Origin: Vicinamibacterales bacterium
GTDB taxonomy: Bacteria > Acidobacteriota > Vicinamibacteria > Vicinamibacterales > CAVVIG01
DNA length: 64,000 bases
Assembly (NCBI GenBank): GCA_049679965.1
Contig: JBAUGX010000220.1
Span: forward strand, 33,583-97,582
Direction: 5' to 3'
Shown here: one piece after another, positions 61,947 to 64,000 of the stretch
Layout: each line of letters opens with the position of its first letter
How positions within the stretch are numbered: the stretch's first letter is position 1
Notes under the pieces: model-generated
Database searches by the model: none
Told to the model about the DNA's origin: nothing
Seen by the model: the letters and a program-made list of their open reading frames with translations, nothing else
Program-made: the position numbers and the translations under genes

Positions 61947-63084
61947 CGGCGAAGCCGACCAGACCGCGAAGGACTCCGGGAGCGAATGACGCGATGGTCC
62001 CGGCGGCAACGACAGCCGCCGGCGAGGAGACGAGGGCGCGGAGCGTCCGATTGAAGCGCCATTTCGCGGCGAACTCACGACGCCGAAGGGCGGCGATGCG
62101 CTGGTGGACGCCGGGCCACCCCTGCTCGAGCGCCTGCAGCGCGGCTCGAGCGACCAGTTCGGCGCCGTGCACCGCGAACCGCAGGCCATCGCCCGTCATC
62201 GGATCGATGAAGCCGGCCGCATCACCGGCAAGGAAAAGCCCGTCGAGTCCGGCATCGCGGACATCGACGGCCAAGGGCCCAAGCACGACGGGCGGCGCCA
62301 CGAGTCGTGCGGCGGCAAATCGATCGGCCAGCGCGGGATCGCGCGTGAGCTCACGCCGGAGCGCGGCTGCCGGATCACGAAGGGGGATGTCGCCAGCCGC
62401 GGGGTCCCAGGCCTTGACCAGGCAGACATTTGTGAGACCGCCCGGCACTGGCGCCACGCCAATGTACCGTCCTCGGCGGACGTGCATTTCGCCGCACGCC
62501 GACAGCCCGGCGACGTTGTCAAAGTACGCGCCGAGTGCCCACCGGCGCGGACGCTTCGGATGCCGCGCAAGCCCCAGGCCAAAGGCGACCGTCGAATGAC
62601 GGCCGTCGGCGGCTATCACGACCCGCGACCTCAGCTCGCGCTCCGATCCGCTGACACCCACGACCACGCCGGCGACACGAAGCGGCCGGCCCTCGTGAAC
62701 AATTGCGCGGCGGACCACGGTCTGCGGCTCGAACTGCGCGCCCGCGGCAAGGGCGTGCTCCACGAGCGCTAGGTCCATCTCCCGCCGCACCAGGGCGCGG
62801 CCGTAGAGGTCGTGGGGATATCGGCACGCCACGCGGACGCCCCGCTCGCCCGTGACGACCATGCCGTCCACCCGGAGGCCACGCCCCTCGACGGCTCCGG
62901 CCATGCCGAGCCGCCGCAGAATCGCGAGGGTGCCGGGGTTGACCGTGTCGCCACACAGCTTGTCACGCGGAAAGCAGAGGCGATCGATGAGCCGCACGCG
63001 CGCACCCGCACGCGCCAGCAAGGTCGCCGCCACGGCGCCCGCCGGGCCGGCGCCAACCACGATCACATCGTCATCACCAGTCAT
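61927..63084 (-). CDS. FAD-dependent oxidoreductase (geranylgeranyl-reductase family)
   Basis: VIVVGAGPAGAVAATLLARAGARVRLIDR is the dinucleotide fold. ATG 63084 is preferred over the ORF-track GTG 63105, which lies in the heptad tract. Confidence 0.8.
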   Translation of the reverse strand: MTGDDDVIVVGAGPAGAVAATLLARAGARVRLIDRLCFPRDKLCGDTVNPGTLAILRRLGMAGAVEGRGLRVDGMVVTGERGVRVACRYPHDLYGRALVRREMDLALVEHALAAGAQFEPQTVVRRAIVHEGRPLRVAGVVVGVSGSERELRSRVVIAADGRHSTVAFGLGLARHPKRPRRWALGAYFDNVAGLSACGEMHVRRGRYIGVAPVPGGLTNVCLVKAWDPAAGDIPLRDPAAALRRELTRDPALADRFAAARLVAPPVVLGPLAVDVRDAGLDGLFLAGDAAGFIDPMTGDGLRFAVHGAELVARAALQALEQGWPGVHQRIAALRRREFAAKWRFNRTLRALVSSPAAVVAAGTIASFAPGVLRGLVGFAGDCQID

Positions 63085-63112
63085 CAGTCTGCAGTCGGCA
63101 GCCACCGGTCAG
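63078..63112. repeat. Tandem heptanucleotide tract (CAGTCAT CAGTCTG CAGTCGG CAGCCAC CGGTCAG) at the KAS / oxidoreductase junction
   Basis: Read directly. It belongs to the same CAGTCNN family as 9383-9420. Confidence 0.75.
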
Positions 63113-64000
63113 GCCACGCGTCCAATGACAAGTGCGCTGTTCTTGGACCCAAAGCCGAGACAATTGCAGAGTGCGGCGTCGACGCGGGCGGATCGGCCCT
63201 TGTTTGGGATGAAGTCGAGATCGCACGCGGGATCGGGGCGGGACAGGTTGATGGTTGGCGGCAGGAACTCTCGGTCAATCGCGAGCGCCGCGGCGACCAC
63301 GCCCGCTGCGCCGCTTGCGCCCTGCGGGTGGCCAATCATCGACTTGATCGACGAGCCCGCCAGCCGATCGGCAAGCGGACCAAACACCTGCCGCACGCAG
63401 TGCGATTCGACGCGGTCGTTGATCACGGTCGATGTCCCGTGGTAGCTGACGTAGCCAATCTCTTCGCGACGCCTCCCCGATCGCTCGATCGCGATAGCGA
63501 GGGCGCGAACGATCTCGTCGCCAGCGGGCGCCATCTGCACGCGATGGTAGGCATCGCACGTCGACCCGTAGCCGTCAATCGAGGCGTAGATCTTCGCGCC
63601 GCGCGCCCGGGCCCGGTCCTCGCGTTCGAGCACCATCATCCAGGCGCCCTCACCGAGCACGAACCCGTCGCGCGCGCTGTCGAAGGGCCGCGAGGCCTCG
63701 GCCGGCCGTTCGTTGTATGCCATCGACACGACCTTCATGCGTGAAAAGCCGAAGATCATGCCCGGCGTGACGCACGCGTCCGTGCCGCCAGACACCAGGA
63801 CGTCGGCCTCTCCCGATCGAATCAGCGCCGCGGCGTATCCGATCGCGTCGGTCGAGCTCGTGCACCCGCACGAGAGGACGTGGCTGACGCCGTGCAGGCG
63901 CAGCGAAATCGAAATCTCGCTCGAGACCATGCCGACAATCGAGACGGGAATGGCGTAAGGCGTCACCTTCCTGCCCCGCTCGACGAAGAACTCGTAGTAC
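63109..64000 (-). CDS. Beta-ketoacyl-ACP synthase I/II-type (FabF-like), 5' end beyond the window
   Basis: HGTSTVINDRVE, GHPQGASGAAG and the C-terminal NCLGFGSKNSALVIG are KAS motifs. The reading frame stays open to position 64000. Confidence 0.8.
   Translation of the reverse strand, partial: YYEFFVERGRKVTPYAIPVSIVGMVSSEISISLRLHGVSHVLSCGCTSSTDAIGYAAALIRSGEADVLVSGGTDACVTPGMIFGFSRMKVVSMAYNERPAEASRPFDSARDGFVLGEGAWMMVLEREDRARARGAKIYASIDGYGSTCDAYHRVQMAPAGDEIVRALAIAIERSGRRREEIGYVSYHGTSTVINDRVESHCVRQVFGPLADRLAGSSIKSMIGHPQGASGAAGVVAAALAIDREFLPPTINLSRPDPACDLDFIPNKGRSARVDAALCNCLGFGSKNSALVIGRVA

Overview
High-GC bacterial chromosomal segment with one tRNA, no rRNA and no CRISPR. Positions 1-2803 are the end of an integrated element (excisionase-type HTH plus tyrosine integrase) abutting the 3' end of an initiator tRNA-Met gene. 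Next come a 5'-nucleotidase, msrPQ, a SpoIID-like protein, a YqiA-like esterase, a translationally coupled radical-SAM / MOP-like membrane protein / lipoprotein operon, and MFS plus NiCoT transporters. About 28 kb (14.4-42.9 kb) is then a dense phosphate/polyphosphate neighbourhood: phoBR, phoU, pstSCA with two PstB paralogues, glgC, a PhoX-like secreted protein, a MIP channel plus arsC, a second porin-pstSCA operon with no ATPase, GT2 plus PHP phosphoesterase, ppk1, an orphan OmpR-type regulator, sixA, a CHAD protein, ppx, a decayed thymidylate-kinase-like remnant, and a third canonical pstB with a second phoU. The right third holds yacG, gltA, an M28 peptidase, bioBFDA, a metal-uptake cluster without an ATPase, leuCD, a LysR regulator, a short leuA-like synthase, a rhomboid, a TPR-gluzincin, and a KAS / FAD-oxidoreductase / ICMT-like cluster cut by the window edge. 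Main hunt results: (1) the tandem PstB pair carries complementary motif lesions that predict an asymmetric heterodimer with one degenerate ATP site. (2) An 11-bp-phased (G/C)TGT(T/A)A direct-repeat motif, resembling a Pho box, recurs in at least six promoter regions of the phosphate neighbourhood. (3) Tandem heptanucleotide (and one octanucleotide) tracts sit at eight gene boundaries. (4) A REP-like hairpin element occurs in five copies, one with a compensatory stem substitution, and three copies run into coding sequence. (5) Several uncharacterised modules are flagged: the radical-SAM operon, a GT2-PHP pair flanked by Pho-box-like sites, and a 69-aa ORF behind a Pho-box-like site. All calls come from reading the sequence and ORF track; no database search was possible.
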